DNA from: Candidatus Latescibacterota bacterium
GTDB lineage: Bacteria > Latescibacterota > UBA2968 > UBA8231
Reading direction: 5' to 3'
Length of the DNA stretch: 41,052 nucleotides
NCBI GenBank assembly: GCA_965205655.1
Contig: CBDBIJ010000103.1
Coordinates: forward strand, 1-41,052
Below, in pieces: positions 38,534 to 41,052 of the stretch. Position 1 is the first letter of the stretch. Each line of letters opens with the position of its first letter. Below the pieces are notes generated by a model that did no database searches, was not told the origin of the DNA, and worked only from the letters and a program-made list of their open reading frames with translations. Position numbers and translations under genes: made by a program.

Positions 38534-39451
38534 TCAGGCGGGGACTTCCGCCTTCGCGAGGCCGAGAGCCTCGAGCCCGGCGACGATCTGCTGGCGCTGC
38601 TGCTCGGTAAGAGGCAGGGCTGGAGGCCGTGGTTCACCGCAATCGACGCCGAGACGCTCGGACATGACGAGCTTGAGGACGGCGTGGAAGTGCGGTCTGC
38701 CGAGCGACCTGATCAACTGCTTCACGCCACGGGTCTTTTCATGGGCGGCCGCGGCTCCTTCCGGGTCGCCGTCTCGGTACAACCGATAGGCTTCCACAAA
38801 ATATTCCGGTGCGACGCCGGGATCGCCGTCGACGCACCCCACCGCGCCGATGGTCAGGCCGGGCAGCAGCAGGGCGGCGCTGCCGATGAAGCAGGTCAGA
38901 CCCATCGAGGCGAAGTCGCCGGCGTACGAAAAGGTCAATGCCGAATGCTTGAGCCCGGCGAGCTGCGGCACGGCATCCTGGATCTTCTTCATCAGCTCCG
39001 GCGTAAGCTCCACGCCAGTGCACTGAGGCAGGTTGTAAGCGAAAAGGGGTAGATTAGCCGCCGCTGCAACGACACGGTAATGCTCGACGATCTCCTCGTC
39101 TGAGCGGTCGTAGAAGAACGGGGGCACGCAGCAGATCGCGTCTGCTCCGACAGTGGCCGCGTGCTCCGCCAGCGCGGCAGAGCGTCTTGTCGTAGCAGTG
39201 CCCACGTGCATGATGTTGACGGCTCGCCCTTTCACTTGATCGGCGGCGATCGAGGCGATCTGCCGATTCTCATCGTCGTCGAGCATGACGCTCTCGCCGC
39301 TGCCCCCGGCGAGCCAGAACCCGTTGACGCCGGCTTCCACGTTGAACTCGAGGACCTGCCGGAAGGCATCCTCCGCAAGGGACCCGTCGGCGGACATCGG
39401 CATGATGACGGCGGAGACAATTCCTTTAAAGCGGCCTTCAAAGCGACTCAT
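38534..39451 (-). CDS. Dihydrodipicolinate synthase / N-acetylneuraminate lyase family protein
   Basis: GGSGES, VPPFFY, AYNLPQCTG, GLKHS Schiff-base Lys. Confidence 0.92.
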   Translation of the reverse strand: MSRFEGRFKGIVSAVIMPMSADGSLAEDAFRQVLEFNVEAGVNGFWLAGGSGESVMLDDDENRQIASIAADQVKGRAVNIMHVGTATTRRSAALAEHAATVGADAICCVPPFFYDRSDEEIVEHYRVVAAAANLPLFAYNLPQCTGVELTPELMKKIQDAVPQLAGLKHSALTFSYAGDFASMGLTCFIGSAALLLPGLTIGAVGCVDGDPGVAPEYFVEAYRLYRDGDPEGAAAAHEKTRGVKQLIRSLGRPHFHAVLKLVMSERLGVDCGEPRPPALPLTEQQRQQIVAGLEALGLAKAEVPA

Positions 39452-39641
39452 GAACTCTCCTGAAGTATCGGGAAGCGCGCCTAGCTAAACGACGTCGTTG
39501 GCGGAAATGACGAGAGTGCTCCCGCTGGCGTCAACCGACAGTGTCCAAGGGAGTCTTTTCACGGCAGCGGGAAATACCGATACTGTGCGCCATCAACGAC
39601 GGTGAGATTGGACGCTAGCTTCAATAACAGCAGGAGGAGAG

Positions 39642-40379
39642 ATGGCACCAAAAAAGGAAAAAGAGTTGCTTCAAGGGCTGCGCGGCATCGACACCCCCTC
39701 AATTACCAATGTCGTGGCTACGTATCCATCGAATGAGACATGCATCGGCCTGTACAATCCCTGGACCGGGAATTGGTACACTGATACGTCGGTACGCTGC
39801 ATCTACCCCGAGCTCGGCCGAACTGTCGGCTACGCGGTCACGTGCGTGTTCTCATTACCCGATCCCAACTTCAAAAGGCTCAGCTTCATGGACGTGGCGG
39901 ACGCGCTGGACGCATCGAAGCGACCGAGCATACTCGTCATCGAACAGAAATTCCCGCCCGAGCTGGCCGACAAGGTGGGTCTGGCAGGGGGAATCATGAC
40001 CACGGTCGTCAAGACACTGGGATGTGTCGGCGTGATATCGAACGGTCCATCGCGCGACATCGACGAGATACGCCCCATGAAGATCCAGTACCTGCTCGGC
40101 GGCGTTACCCCAGGGCATGGCGATATGGCGGTGCAGGCGGTGAACGTTCCCGTTTCAGTGGCCGGCATGGACGTCGCCCCGGGAGACATGATTCACATGG
40201 ACGAGAACGGCGCCTGCAAATTCCCCGCCGACAGGGCAGGGGATGTACTCGAGAACGCCAACAAGCTGCTGGCAGATGAAGAGGCGAAGATCGCGGTCAT
40301 AAAAAAGGCCAAGAGCGCCGCCGATGTGCGCCGAATCATGAGCGGGCACTCCTACGCGGACAAGAAGAAGAAAAAGTAG
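39642..40379 (+). CDS. RraA / HMG aldolase-like family protein
   Basis: DTPSITN, VGYAVT, GGIM, NGPSRDIDE, V.VAGMDVAPGDMIHMDENG; SD AGGAGGAG. Confidence 0.88.
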   Translation: MAPKKEKELLQGLRGIDTPSITNVVATYPSNETCIGLYNPWTGNWYTDTSVRCIYPELGRTVGYAVTCVFSLPDPNFKRLSFMDVADALDASKRPSILVIEQKFPPELADKVGLAGGIMTTVVKTLGCVGVISNGPSRDIDEIRPMKIQYLLGGVTPGHGDMAVQAVNVPVSVAGMDVAPGDMIHMDENGACKFPADRAGDVLENANKLLADEEAKIAVIKKAKSAADVRRIMSGHSYADKKKKK

Positions 40380-40406
40380 CACCGCCGATCGCAGGAGAAT
40401 GGGCGC

Positions 40407-41052
40407 ATGCCCGAGCTACCAGACGTACTCGTCTACATCGAGGCGCTGAAGCGACAGATCGGCGGCAGGCGCATCGACAGCATCGAGCTGCGCAGTCCCT
40501 TTCTGGTGCGCTCGGTCGAGCCGGAACTGTCAGCGGCGGAAGGCCGCATCGTCAAAGGCTTCCGCCGTCTCAGAAAGCGGATCGTCTGGGAGCTCGAAGA
40601 GGAGTTGTACCTCGTCTTCCACCTGATGATCACCGGTCGTTTCCACTGGAAAAAGACCGGGTCGAAGCCGAGGCGAAAGGTCGATCTGGCCGCCTTCCAC
40701 TTTGAGGATGGCACCCTGATGATGACGGAGGCGGGGTCGAAGAAACGCGCTTCCCTGCACGTGCTGGCCGACGCCGAGCAGCTGGACGAGCACGATCCGG
40801 GCGGACTGGAGGTCATCGAATGCGGTCTCGGGGAGTTCCGCGAGGCCATTCAGCGCGAGAATCACACGTTGAAACGCTCTCTCTCTGACGCCCGTCTCTT
40901 CAGCGGCATCGGCAACGCCTATTCGGATGAGATCCTTCATGCGGCCACGGCTGTCACCGGTGAAATGGACGAGCCGACTCAGCGAGGAGGAGGTCGAACG
41001 CCTCTACGAAGCGACGCGATCGACCCTGCAGCTATGGATCGAGCGGCTGCGG
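40407..41052 (+). CDS. Fpg/Nei family DNA glycosylase (absent from the ORF track; runs off the window; frameshift near 40945)
   Basis: ATG 40407 gives MPELPDV; RLRKRI, FHLMITGRF, H2TH motif FSGIGNAYSDEILH. Confidence 0.92.
   Translation, partial: MPELPDVLVYIEALKRQIGGRRIDSIELRSPFLVRSVEPELSAAEGRIVKGFRRLRKRIVWELEEELYLVFHLMITGRFHWKKTGSKPRRKVDLAAFHFEDGTLMMTEAGSKKRASLHVLADAEQLDEHDPGGLEVIECGLGEFREAIQRENHTLKRSLSDARLFSGIGNAYSDEILHAATAVTGEMDEPTQRGGGRTPLRSDAIDPAAMDRAAA

Noticed and set aside
38534..39451. Calling this gene dapA or nanA
   Set aside because: It has GGSGE rather than GTTGE or GSTGE, and there is no pathway context, so only a family-level call is supported.

Overview
GC-rich bacterial genomic window. 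The taxon cannot be fixed from sequence alone. About ten single-base indels and one in-frame TAG split otherwise intact genes, mostly at short homopolymers, which suggests long-read consensus errors. Left to right it contains: (i) an ActD-like anti-sigma/DUF4384-type gene followed by a secreted caspase (C14) fused to a beta-barrel; (ii) the most interesting locus (2634-8039), a candidate ubiquitin-like conjugation operon made of a small protein ending in -GG, a large unknown protein with an E2-like H-x-F-V...G-x-x-V-C motif, and a tandem ThiF-ThiF E1, transcribed divergently from an XRE-HTH regulator and a membrane protein that is split by an IS630; (iii) an exported Cys/His protein, a cold-shock protein, a receiver protein, an adenylate cyclase, a Gfo/Idh/MocA oxidoreductase, a second IS630, three PAS/GAF histidine kinases, a heme c/Cu-monooxygenase-like lipoprotein and an IS256 that interrupts a 63-aa gene; (iv) a metabolic block (G1P dehydrogenase, cyclase family, DUF4091 glycoside hydrolase-like, amidohydrolases, epimerases, Zn-ADH, CehA/McbA-like hydrolase, class III aminotransferase, DUF4862-like, DapA family, RraA family, Fpg/Nei). 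Inside that block lie two tandem promoter-terminator units (32264-32636) that look like unannotated small RNAs or a small-peptide transcript. All family assignments come from motif recognition, not database searches.
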